The translations under genes were made by a program, and so were the position numbers. Of a stretch of DNA of 64,000 bases, positions 18,637 to 27,534 are shown piece by piece; position 1 is the first letter of the stretch; each line of letters starts with the position of its first letter. The notes beneath the pieces are model-generated. The model did no database searches. It saw nothing but the letters and a program-made list of their open reading frames with translations, and was not told the origin of the DNA. The stretch spans positions 280,298 to 344,297 of the forward strand of contig JAFSGN010000022.1 of assembly GCA_017440805.1 (NCBI GenBank), read 5' to 3'. Origin of the DNA: Clostridia bacterium. Lineage in GTDB: Bacteria > Bacillota > Clostridia > Oscillospirales > SIG627.

Positions 18637-20202
18637 TTACCTCAGACCAAAGTCATAATCGTTATAGAAATATCCGCTGTCATTTCCGGAATAACCTTTT
18701 TTGAAATTTGCATAGTTTATAAAAACAGAAACTGCTCTTTCAAAAATGCCCTTAAGCTGACTTTGACTTACTTGGAAGATATCCTCCGTCAAGAACGGAA
18801 ATTGCGGCACTGCAAAATTGGAAAATCCAAGGGATATGCCGGGATGTATTTCCCCCGAATAAAAAGCAACACTATCAAAAGATATTTCCAGGGAATTTGC
18901 ACTATACAAAATATTACCGTCAGCACTGACAATTTTTTCCGGTATACCATCTTCTGTGTTCTGTATGTAAAATTCGTATACATGCTTTTCAGAATCAATT
19001 TTAAACGCACATTCTGTAAAGAACCCGGGATGTTCCGGCAACACAAGAGTTAATATATATTCATCAGAAACATCGGTGCGGTTATTTGAAAAAACACCTT
19101 TTACGGTATTTATACCATTCGTTATTTCAAACGATATGTTCCTGTCAGGTTCAATCGTAAAATCAACTTTATTTTGTGTTCCGTCACTATAACAGAACAA
19201 CTCTCCGTCAACCTTCTGCAACATTCCGCTTTTAGTGTCAAAATGAAAATTGTATATCAGCGACACATCGGTCAATAATTGCAATACACTCTCTATTCCT
19301 GACTTGAAATAATTTAAGTTATTTTCTTTTAATATATCAAAGTCAATGTCCAGATTATCACAGATTTCCGAAGGAATTAAAATTTTTAAAAATTCGTTTC
19401 CTGCTTCTGTCTGTGCTTCATATCCGGATAAAAGCACATAGAAAATGTCATACACGACCCGACTGTCAATTGTACGGGTATACTTTAATATTTTCCTGCT
19501 TTCCCCGCCTGTATCAACTGTATATTCGCTTACCTCTTTACCGGTTGTATCAAAAATCTCCTTTATTTCTGTCAAAATCAAATCTTTGATTTCACTCTTA
19601 ATATCCATATACTTTTCAAAACAACCTGAAACACTCTTGAAATATTCTCGGTCAAAGCCATGTTGCTGACAGAACATAACAACTTTTTCTTCATCGAGTT
19701 CCAAAAGTTGCCCTAAAGGAGAAACAATAAACTTATCCAGCATTTTTTCAGGGTCGGAGAAATCTATACTATATGATTTTCCTCTTCCCAACAACAAATC
19801 GGATTGTATAACCACACATGATGTATCCGCATAAACACTCAAATCCGCTGTTTCGTTCGGAATTATCCCTTTTAATTCCAAATCAATACTTATTCTTTTG
19901 TTTTTTCTGTCTGATTTTATTTTGGAAAAGATGTTGGAGTAACCGTTATAGGTATAATCTGAATATTCTGCGACCAAGGAAAGTTGGCCATTGTTTTCTG
20001 CTATAAAATTTAACGGTTTAATTTCATCTCCAAAAATTTTCTCAAAATCAACCGACCTGGATAAAACATCAACGAAATTTTTGCTCAGATAATCTGCAGT
20101 GAGATTTTTGGTTCCTGTTTTTTGCGGTATATTGCTGCATCCGCCTAAAAAAAGAACTGTTGTTAAGCCGCAAAGCAGTACTGTCAACAAGAACTTTTTC
20201 AT
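18637..20202 (-). CDS. Hypothetical lipoprotein
   Basis: MKK, hydrophobic stretch, then lipobox LGGC. SD AGGAGTG. No recognisable catalytic motif. Confidence 0.65.
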   Translation of the reverse strand: MKKFLLTVLLCGLTTVLFLGGCSNIPQKTGTKNLTADYLSKNFVDVLSRSVDFEKIFGDEIKPLNFIAENNGQLSLVAEYSDYTYNGYSNIFSKIKSDRKNKRISIDLELKGIIPNETADLSVYADTSCVVIQSDLLLGRGKSYSIDFSDPEKMLDKFIVSPLGQLLELDEEKVVMFCQQHGFDREYFKSVSGCFEKYMDIKSEIKDLILTEIKEIFDTTGKEVSEYTVDTGGESRKILKYTRTIDSRVVYDIFYVLLSGYEAQTEAGNEFLKILIPSEICDNLDIDFDILKENNLNYFKSGIESVLQLLTDVSLIYNFHFDTKSGMLQKVDGELFCYSDGTQNKVDFTIEPDRNISFEITNGINTVKGVFSNNRTDVSDEYILTLVLPEHPGFFTECAFKIDSEKHVYEFYIQNTEDGIPEKIVSADGNILYSANSLEISFDSVAFYSGEIHPGISLGFSNFAVPQFPFLTEDIFQVSQSQLKGIFERAVSVFINYANFKKGYSGNDSGYFYNDYDFGLR

Positions 20203-20237
20203 ATCATCACTCCTGAATATTGCTATTCAATATAATG

Positions 20238-20268
20238 TAAAAACCGCCATTTTTCAAAACAGCGGTTT
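20238..20268 (-). terminator. Terminator after the pseudo-ATPase gene, overlapping a sigA-like promoter for the lipoprotein
   Basis: Minus strand AAACCGCTGTTTT / AAAATGGCGGTTT followed by T. TTGAAA-N17-TATATT starts in its loop. Confidence 0.55.
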
Positions 20269-20276
20269 GTATTTTG

Positions 20277-22526
20277 TCACCCAAATATTGCGGTAAATAA
20301 CACTGGCATAAACCACACTAACTGGTAACAACATATATGCAGTGCATTAACACCCGGCATACATCCCCCGCCGATAAGTGAAAGAGCAATTACCATTACA
20401 AAGGCAACTATGACAGAAATAAATTTTGTCAAAATATTGAGGGAAACATTTTTTGCGATTTTATTGCAACACAAAATACCTCTGAGCAAATCAAATGCAT
20501 TTCCTTTGCAGACCACACCGGCAGACACATTATCATAAACCTCGTCTGCAGGCAACGGAAGTGTCGATTTAACTATCCGAACATAATATTCCTTGCGACG
20601 CAAAAGTTTTGTGAGCAATGCATCATCAATATTAGGGTCGCAGGACTTTATTCCTACACAAACACCTACTCCCGTAAGTCTTGAAAGCAGTTTTTCAAAA
20701 CCACGGTATATTGAATATTTGATATAGAACTTGGCGGCAATGTTATCGCCTACAGTCATATACATTATGCGACCTACGGAATTTTCAAATGCGTCGTCTG
20801 TTGAATCTTTTACAAATCCGAAATTATACGCCAACATAAAACTTTTTTTGCCTATGTACACATCGTTTCCGTCTATGACAGTGCGTATTCCATCGGGTTC
20901 GATAGAAACAATTTCTACCGGCTGGACATCGTCCACCGCATTCTTTATATAATTCTCAAACACCGGTGCAAGAGGACCGCCCACCGTTTTAAAAATGCGT
21001 GCAGCATACATAATTGTATGGTCTATTCTGTGTTCACCGTAGGTTCTTACACTGTTAACCTTTATTCCGCCCGACGGAAAAACAACAGTATCGTTAAAGG
21101 ATACAACATCTGCAACACTATACTCCTCAAAGGTGTTTCCGCCTATCATGGCACAACCTTTTCTGAACACCCTGAAACTTTCAACAAGGTATGGCAGGGT
21201 TATATACATAATTGAAGATACAGGAAGCATGGCAAGGCACAAAATTGCAAGAGCATTAAATGCCGCATTTAAGTCACCGCTCTGAACAAAAATTATAATT
21301 GAAAAAGCTATTGATGCTATGACTACAAGAGGAAGAATAATTTTGAAATTTCTATCCGACTCCGGTGCAGTATTTATATTTCTTACCGCATCATCGACAA
21401 ATTTCGCCTTTTTGAATGAAAAAATTTCAGGGTCTTCGGGAAGGTATTCATCCAGTTCGTAAAGGTTTTCCTCGTGTTTGTCTCTTTTTTCGGCAACAAG
21501 TTTTTCACCGTCAGCCGAAAGAATTTTGAATGTAAGAAGATTTCTTCGGCTCTCCATGTAATTTTTCAGTAATGTAAACACACCGAAAAGGCAGCCAACA
21601 GATGAATAAAGCATTATTGTTTCGGGTGTGGAGGTAAAATATACCGCAACTGAATGCAAAGCACAGACTGTCATGGCAACCGCAGACAATGTATTGGAAT
21701 TAGGTTTTCCGCGGAACATTGCTTTAAAACCATCTATAAAGTTTTCATAAATAAGTGCTGCCGAAATAACAAGAAGTTGTATATCAACCAAAACCAGAAC
21801 AAGCCTCATTTTTGTCGGGTCAAGAAAAGCAGGACGCGGAATTGACGAGTTAAAAGAAAAACTTTCAATATACATCATTGCCAAAAATACAATTATTCCG
21901 CAGACTGTAAGCAAAAGAGAAAATTTGGCTGAAGAACGGTAATAATTTATAAACTGTTCTGCTTTTGACGGATCGGTATATTCGTCTATTTCAAATTGTT
22001 CTTCTTGGTCTTCTTCATCATCCTCGGTATCATTTGTATCATACGGATTGTATTCTGCGTCTGATAATCCGTCAATTGCTCCGTGGTCAACTTCACCGAA
22101 TACAACTTTCATATCATCATCAGAATCCTGATTTAATTCATCACTGTCTTCCATTGCACGGATATCTTCATCGACCTGCAGGGTACTGCGTATTTTTCCG
22201 TTACGCCTTTTACTGCGTTTTTCATTTGAAACAGATTCTTCGTCATAAATACTTTCCGCACTCTGCTCGGGCATAACAACCTCTTGGGGAGGTGTACTTG
22301 TAATCCCGAAAACAGCAGTATCTTCGTGTTCGTTTTCTGCCGGTTCAACAATAAAATTATCAATATCCTTTGTTTGTCTTTCAGTCTTGCTTTCGTCAAT
22401 CATTACATTATCAGCCGTATCTGATTCAGGCACGCCGTATTTCTTATCATATCCGTGAAAGAAATATGAGGGCGGCTTTTTCATTAGCCCCTTGGGGTCA
22501 TTGGAGATTTTGTATGTATTTGCCAT
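20277..22526 (-). CDS. Membrane protein with degenerate P1B-type ATPase architecture and an acidic N-terminal tail
   Basis: TM and domain order follows CopA, but DKTGT reads NDTVV, CPC reads LPV, HP reads GP, TGD reads SCD, and TGE and GDGxND are absent. Start MANTYK after SD GAAAGGA. Confidence 0.7.
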   Translation of the reverse strand: MANTYKISNDPKGLMKKPPSYFFHGYDKKYGVPESDTADNVMIDESKTERQTKDIDNFIVEPAENEHEDTAVFGITSTPPQEVVMPEQSAESIYDEESVSNEKRSKRRNGKIRSTLQVDEDIRAMEDSDELNQDSDDDMKVVFGEVDHGAIDGLSDAEYNPYDTNDTEDDEEDQEEQFEIDEYTDPSKAEQFINYYRSSAKFSLLLTVCGIIVFLAMMYIESFSFNSSIPRPAFLDPTKMRLVLVLVDIQLLVISAALIYENFIDGFKAMFRGKPNSNTLSAVAMTVCALHSVAVYFTSTPETIMLYSSVGCLFGVFTLLKNYMESRRNLLTFKILSADGEKLVAEKRDKHEENLYELDEYLPEDPEIFSFKKAKFVDDAVRNINTAPESDRNFKIILPLVVIASIAFSIIIFVQSGDLNAAFNALAILCLAMLPVSSIMYITLPYLVESFRVFRKGCAMIGGNTFEEYSVADVVSFNDTVVFPSGGIKVNSVRTYGEHRIDHTIMYAARIFKTVGGPLAPVFENYIKNAVDDVQPVEIVSIEPDGIRTVIDGNDVYIGKKSFMLAYNFGFVKDSTDDAFENSVGRIMYMTVGDNIAAKFYIKYSIYRGFEKLLSRLTGVGVCVGIKSCDPNIDDALLTKLLRRKEYYVRIVKSTLPLPADEVYDNVSAGVVCKGNAFDLLRGILCCNKIAKNVSLNILTKFISVIVAFVMVIALSLIGGGCMPGVNALHICCYQLVWFMPVLFTAIFG

Positions 22527-22692
22527 ATTTCTGACTGTTCCTTTCCGTGCCTCACGGCACAAACCGTAAAACTGAAATAAACTGCTTCATGGGTAGACCG
22601 TATATTATTTCAGGTAAACCCGAAAGAATAAACAATGATGTAAAATGTTTTTTCAGATTTCTGTTTCTGATTTCTGATATACCTTATAGTTA

Positions 22693-23562
22693 TCAATTGC
22701 TGTTTCGTCCGCTTATTGCACGATAGAGGACTGCCGCAGCGGCACATGATACATTAAGTGAATTCACCTTACCTCTCATCGGCAGGGAAATAATATAATC
22801 GGAATTTTTCAAAACCTGTTTTGAAATACCGTTTTCTTCGCTTCCGAGGATTATACAAAGAGGAATATCATAATCCACACTGTTGTAGTCGGTTCCACCT
22901 GCTTCGCAGGACATAATCCACAGTCCTTTTTTCTTCAATTCCTCTATGGTGGCATTGATATTTGTAACCTTAGCCACCGCCATATGCTCTATTGCACCAG
23001 CCGATGCCTTTGCAACCGCGGGACTCAACCCCACGCTTCTTCTCTTTGGTATTATTACCCCGTGTACTCCGGCACCCTCACAACACCGTATAAGCGAGCC
23101 GAGATTATTAGGGTCGCATATTTCATCCGCTATTACAACAAAAGGCTTTTCACCTCTCTGAGTTGCTATCTCAAGGATTTCGTCAACTGTTGAGTAACCT
23201 TTAAACGCCGCCATAGCCACAATTCCCTGATGGGAAGTGAATCCGGAAAGCGCGTCAAGTTTACTTTTTTCGGTTTCAATTATCGGTATTCCTCTTGAAA
23301 TAGCCTCTGCCGCCAATGCCACAATTGAACCCTCGCGTTCTCCTTGCTGAGTATATATCTTATCAATTGTGCGTCCGCTTTTAAGAAGTTCCCGAACAGC
23401 GTTACGACCTGCAACAATACCGCTGTCGACCAGTTCATCTCCGCTTTTTTCAAAGCCTTCTCTTGTGGGATGTTTACGGTATTCCGTTTTTTTTCTGTCG
23501 GAAAAATCTCTGCCGTGCTGCTTTGAATTTTTTGCATATTTTGCCGTATTTTTGTTATTCAT
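22693..23562 (-). CDS. rlmB: 23S rRNA Gm2251 2'-O-methyltransferase
   Basis: GRNAV.E, HQG.VA, DP.NLGS..R, GSE..G, SLNVS SPOUT motifs. Confidence 0.93.
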   Translation of the reverse strand: MNNKNTAKYAKNSKQHGRDFSDRKKTEYRKHPTREGFEKSGDELVDSGIVAGRNAVRELLKSGRTIDKIYTQQGEREGSIVALAAEAISRGIPIIETEKSKLDALSGFTSHQGIVAMAAFKGYSTVDEILEIATQRGEKPFVVIADEICDPNNLGSLIRCCEGAGVHGVIIPKRRSVGLSPAVAKASAGAIEHMAVAKVTNINATIEELKKKGLWIMSCEAGGTDYNSVDYDIPLCIILGSEENGISKQVLKNSDYIISLPMRGKVNSLNVSCAAAAVLYRAISGRNSN

Positions 23563-24317
23563 ATTTCTCCAATCAGATTCTTCATATTATACATTCCGCA
23601 AGGTTTATCCTTGAGAAATTCGGCTGCCCGTATAGCACCCATTGCAAAAACCTCACGAGATGCCGCATGATGTGAAAGGGTTATAACCTCATTATATCCC
23701 GCGAAAATAACATCGTGTTCTCCTACGATTGTTCCTCCCCTTATTGAAGAAAAACCGATTTCGGATTTACTTCTCTCTTCTCTGCGGCAGGAACGGTCAA
23801 AAACATATTGCGGTTTTTCGTCAAACACCTCTGATATTCCGTCTGCAATCATAAGTGCCGTACCGCTCGGTGCATCCAGTTTTTTGTTGTGGTGTTTTTC
23901 CACTATCTCAATGTCAAAACTCTCTCCCAGAAGTGTTGCCGCTTTTTTTGCAAGTTCGGTTATAAGATTAATGCCTATAGACATATTGTACGAGTAAAAT
24001 ACGGGTATCTTTTCTGCCGCAAGAAAAATCTTCTTCTTTTCTTCCTCGGTATGTCCGGTTGTCGAAATAACACAGGGAAGATTGTTTGCAACCGCAAATT
24101 GTAAAAGACTCTCGGTGAGAAGATGATTGGAAAAATCAACAATAACACCGTCGGGATTTGAAATATCATCTACCGACCTAACGAGAGGATACGGATACGA
24201 CTCGTCGTTTGCAATATCAACCCCGCAGGTTATATTAAATTCTTCCAGTTCCGATACTTTGGAGGTTATAAATCTTCCCATTCTTCCCAAAGCACCTGTA
24301 AGTATAATATTTGTCAT
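23559..24317 (-). CDS. dapB: 4-hydroxy-tetrahydrodipicolinate reductase
   Basis: GALGRMG, DFS, E.HH.KK.DAPSGTA, RGG..VGEH. Confidence 0.95.
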   Translation of the reverse strand: MTNIILTGALGRMGRFITSKVSELEEFNITCGVDIANDESYPYPLVRSVDDISNPDGVIVDFSNHLLTESLLQFAVANNLPCVISTTGHTEEEKKKIFLAAEKIPVFYSYNMSIGINLITELAKKAATLLGESFDIEIVEKHHNKKLDAPSGTALMIADGISEVFDEKPQYVFDRSCRREERSKSEIGFSSIRGGTIVGEHDVIFAGYNEVITLSHHAASREVFAMGAIRAAEFLKDKPCGMYNMKNLIGEI

Positions 24318-24339
24318 TATTATGCCTTTCAAATATGTA

Positions 24340-25224
24340 TCAGATTATATTCAGTTCTTTCATTATGCTCTTAAGTTTTTCATAATTCTTTTCTTCAATC
24401 TCGTAAAGAGGCAGACGGAGTTCTCCGTTGCAATATCCCATAATCTGCATTGCTGCCTTTACGGGAATGGGATTCACCTCACAGAACAAAGCCGAAATAA
24501 GTTCATGATATTTCAACTGGAGTTTCAGACTTTCTTTTGTCTGTCCCTTATCATACAACTCACAAATATCGTGAACCTGCTTTGGAATAAGATGAGAAAG
24601 TACCGAAATGACACCCTGTCCTCCCAGAGACATAACAGGTACTATCTGGTCGTCGTTACCGGAATAAAGGTTAATCTGGTCTCCGCACAAAGCCATTGTA
24701 TGTGCTATGGCAGACATATCTCCGCCTGCTTCCTTTATACCCGATATGTTAGGATGCTTGGCAAGTTCTGCGTATGTTTCAGGTTTAATGCACAAGCCTG
24801 TACGAGAGGGAACATTATAAACAATTATAGGCTTATCAACATTATCTGCAACTTTATAGAAATGCTTGACAAGACCTCTCTGTGTTGTTTTATTGTAATA
24901 CGGAGTTACCATAAGAAGTGCGTCTGCACCTATTTCACATGCTCTTTTGGAAAGTGATACTGCATATTCGGTATCATTGCTTCCTGTACCGCAAAGTACA
25001 GGAACACGGCCTGCAGTATGCTTGATGCAAAACTCCATGACATCCATGTGTTCCTGGTCATTCAAGGTGGAGGGTTCACCTGTTGTTCCGCAAACTACAA
25101 GTGCATCAATTCCTCCGTTGATTTGAAAGTCTATAAGACGGGCAAAGGATTCATAATCTACCTTGCCATCCTTAAAAGGTGTTATAAGCGCTGTGGCTGC
25201 TCCGCGAAAAACCGGTTTTTTCAT
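24340..25224 (-). CDS. dapA: 4-hydroxy-tetrahydrodipicolinate synthase
   Basis: ALITPF, GTTGE, PYYNK, YNVPSRT, GIKEA, NPIPVK. Start MKKPV after SD GAAAGGA. Confidence 0.95.
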   Translation of the reverse strand: MKKPVFRGAATALITPFKDGKVDYESFARLIDFQINGGIDALVVCGTTGEPSTLNDQEHMDVMEFCIKHTAGRVPVLCGTGSNDTEYAVSLSKRACEIGADALLMVTPYYNKTTQRGLVKHFYKVADNVDKPIIVYNVPSRTGLCIKPETYAELAKHPNISGIKEAGGDMSAIAHTMALCGDQINLYSGNDDQIVPVMSLGGQGVISVLSHLIPKQVHDICELYDKGQTKESLKLQLKYHELISALFCEVNPIPVKAAMQIMGYCNGELRLPLYEIEEKNYEKLKSIMKELNII

Positions 25225-25304
25225 AATACATATGTCCTTTCTGTTTGGAATGATATGACTGCATACAAAATATGCGAAAAAATTGAAATATAACAAAAAA
25301 ACAG

Positions 25305-25333
25305 TTGAAAATTAATCTCACTTGGTGTATAAT
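25305..25333 (+). promoter_or_regulatory. sigA promoter toward queA
   Basis: TTGAAA-N17-TATAAT. Confidence 0.6.
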
Positions 25334-25348
25334 ATAATCAATATATAT

Positions 25349-25377
25349 ATTTTATCACTATTTTTCTTTTTTGTCAA
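25349..25377 (-). promoter_or_regulatory. sigA promoter toward dapA
   Basis: Minus strand TTGACA-N17-TAAAAT with extended TG. Confidence 0.65.
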
Positions 25378-25455
25378 ATGGTTTTTTTGATATTTGACAC
25401 ATATTTTTTTCAACAACCTGATATTTTATTATTTTGCATCGGAAAGGATATAATT

Positions 25456-26484
25456 TTGGACTTTCTTAAACGCTCTACTTATAACTATCTTTTACCTGAA
25501 GAACTCATTGCGCAGGAACCGGTCGAACCCCGTGATTCATCCAGGCTCATGGTGTGCTGCAACGAAAAAATTGAACACAGGTGTTTCCGCGATATTACCG
25601 AATATCTCCATCCGGGAGATTTGTTGATTGTAAACAACTCAAAAGTTATTCCTGCAAGGCTCTGGGCTAAGAGAGAAAACGGCTCGCTTATCGAAGTAGT
25701 TCTTCTTGAACAAAAAAACACCGGTGTTTGGGAAGCACTCACCCGCCCCGGCAAAAAAACCAGACCGGGAACCACCCTTGATTTTGGCGAATTGCTCAAG
25801 GGTGAAGTAATCGATATTACAGATGGCGGAAACAGAATAATAAAATTTGATTATGACACTTCAAAAACATTTTTTGAAGTGTTGGACAAAGTTGGAAATA
25901 TGCCGCTTCCGCCGTACATACACAAAAAATTAGCTGATAAAAACCGTTACCAGACAGTCTATGCGAAAACCGAGGGCTCTGCTGCCGCTCCCACCGCCGG
26001 TCTGCATTTCACACCCGAACTTTTGGAAAAAATAAAAAGCATGGGGGTTAATATTGCTCCCGTAATGCTTCATGTAGGACTGGGCACTTTCAGACCTGTC
26101 AAATCGGAGGACCTTTTATCCCATAAAATGCATTCTGAATATTACAGTATTTCAGAAGAAACTGCCAACCTCATAAATCAGACAAAGGCGTCGGGAAACC
26201 GGGTAATCTGTGTGGGCACGACCTCTTTCCGCACGCTTGAGGGAGCATACCGTAAAGAAGGTTGTATAAAATCATCATCGGGATATACGGATATTTTTAT
26301 TTACCCGGGCAAAGAAATCAATGTGGTCGATTGCCTTATAACCAATTTCCATCTTCCGGAAAGTACACTTATTATGCTTGTTTGTGCTCTGTACGGATAC
26401 GATAACACCATGGAGGCATACAGACAAGCCATTGAAAACAAATATCGTTTCTTCTCCTTCGGTGACGCGATGTTCATTCAATGA
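25456..26484 (+). CDS. queA: SAM:tRNA ribosyltransferase-isomerase
   Basis: [21 protein letters not shown]...[41 protein letters not shown] start after SD GAAAGGA. Confidence 0.97.
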   Translation: MDFLKRSTYNYLLPEELIAQEPVEPRDSSRLMVCCNEKIEHRCFRDITEYLHPGDLLIVNNSKVIPARLWAKRENGSLIEVVLLEQKNTGVWEALTRPGKKTRPGTTLDFGELLKGEVIDITDGGNRIIKFDYDTSKTFFEVLDKVGNMPLPPYIHKKLADKNRYQTVYAKTEGSAAAPTAGLHFTPELLEKIKSMGVNIAPVMLHVGLGTFRPVKSEDLLSHKMHSEYYSISEETANLINQTKASGNRVICVGTTSFRTLEGAYRKEGCIKSSSGYTDIFIYPGKEINVVDCLITNFHLPESTLIMLVCALYGYDNTMEAYRQAIENKYRFFSFGDAMFIQ

Positions 26485-26491
26485 TGAAATC

Positions 26492-26576
26492 ATAGAATGA
26501 ACAAGTGAAGAGGTAATGACGATTTTCGCTTTAGCGAAAATCAACCTCACTTATTCCCTATTCCTTCTTACTCTCC
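26492..26576. repeat. Long imperfect inverted repeat in the queA-miaA intergenic region
   Basis: Core GATTTTCGC-ttta-GCGAAAATC (26521-26542), extended by GAGGT/ACCTC and AAGTG/CACTT. Purine-rich left flank and pyrimidine-rich right flank. Confidence 0.6.
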
Positions 26577-26616
26577 GCACATACCCGGTATACAACTTTT
26601 AACACACAGGTGAATC

Positions 26617-27534
26617 ATGAACAAAGCGATAATTATTGCGGGACCGACAGCAAGCGGAAAAACCGCTTTATCTATAGAAATCTGCAAAAAATTCAATGGT
26701 GAAGTTATTTCTGCCGACTCAATGCAAATATACAAAGGCATGGACATTGCCACGGCAAAGCCCACATCTGATGAAATGTGCGGTATTCCGCATCATCTCA
26801 TGAGTATCGCTGACCCCAGCGAACTGTTCAGTGTTGCAAAATTTAAAACTCTTGCAGAAGACGCCATTGAAGATATTCTATCAAGAGGCAAATTGCCTGT
26901 AATTGTCGGCGGGACAGGACTATATATTGACAGTCTTATCAATAATACGCGTTTCGGAGAATTCGACGGAGATGACAAATACCGTGAGCAATTGCGACTG
27001 ATTGCCGAAAAGAACGGAAATGCTTTTCTGTGGAACATGTTGATGGAAGCAGACGAACCTACTGCCTCAAGAGTAAATCCCAACGACTTGAAAAGAGTTA
27101 TACGGGCATTGGAAGTATACCACTGTACAGGTAAGAGAATGTCCGAATATGATGCGGTATCCCATACAGAAAAAAGCAAATATGATTATCTGTTTTTAGG
27201 ATTGTTCTTTGAAGACAGAAGTATACTCTACGACAGAATAAACAAAAGAGTTGACAAAATGTTTGAGTGCGGTCTTGTTCAGGAAGCACAACGGGAATTG
27301 AATAAAAACATTTCTTCAACAGCGCGCCAGGCAATAGGCTACAAGGAACTCATCCCGTATTTTAAAGGTCATTCCACCCTTGAAGAAGTTTCAGAATCAC
27401 TGAAAAAAGCAACAAGAAATTACGCAAAACGCCAACTCACATGGTTCAGAAGATATGAAAACATCGTCAAAATATTTCCTGACAAAAACCAACTGCAAAA
27501 CTCGGAAGAAATTATAAGGAGTTTTTTAAATTGA
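26617..27534 (+). CDS. miaA: tRNA dimethylallyltransferase
   Basis: GPTASGKT, SADSMQIY, TAKP, VGGTGLY, AIGYKE, YAKRQ.TWF. Confidence 0.97.
   Translation: MNKAIIIAGPTASGKTALSIEICKKFNGEVISADSMQIYKGMDIATAKPTSDEMCGIPHHLMSIADPSELFSVAKFKTLAEDAIEDILSRGKLPVIVGGTGLYIDSLINNTRFGEFDGDDKYREQLRLIAEKNGNAFLWNMLMEADEPTASRVNPNDLKRVIRALEVYHCTGKRMSEYDAVSHTEKSKYDYLFLGLFFEDRSILYDRINKRVDKMFECGLVQEAQRELNKNISSTARQAIGYKELIPYFKGHSTLEEVSESLKKATRNYAKRQLTWFRRYENIVKIFPDKNQLQNSEEIIRSFLN

Noticed and set aside
22652-22680. Short CAGAAA(T) tandem repeats
   Set aside because: About four degenerate units with no spacers; not CRISPR, iteron or a meaningful VNTR.
24127-24957. 276-aa plus-strand ORF and many similar antisense ORFs (e.g. 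3448-4200, 16337-16939, 32685-33359, 61191-61739)
   Set aside because: Shadow frames of well-conserved genes; no recognisable motifs.
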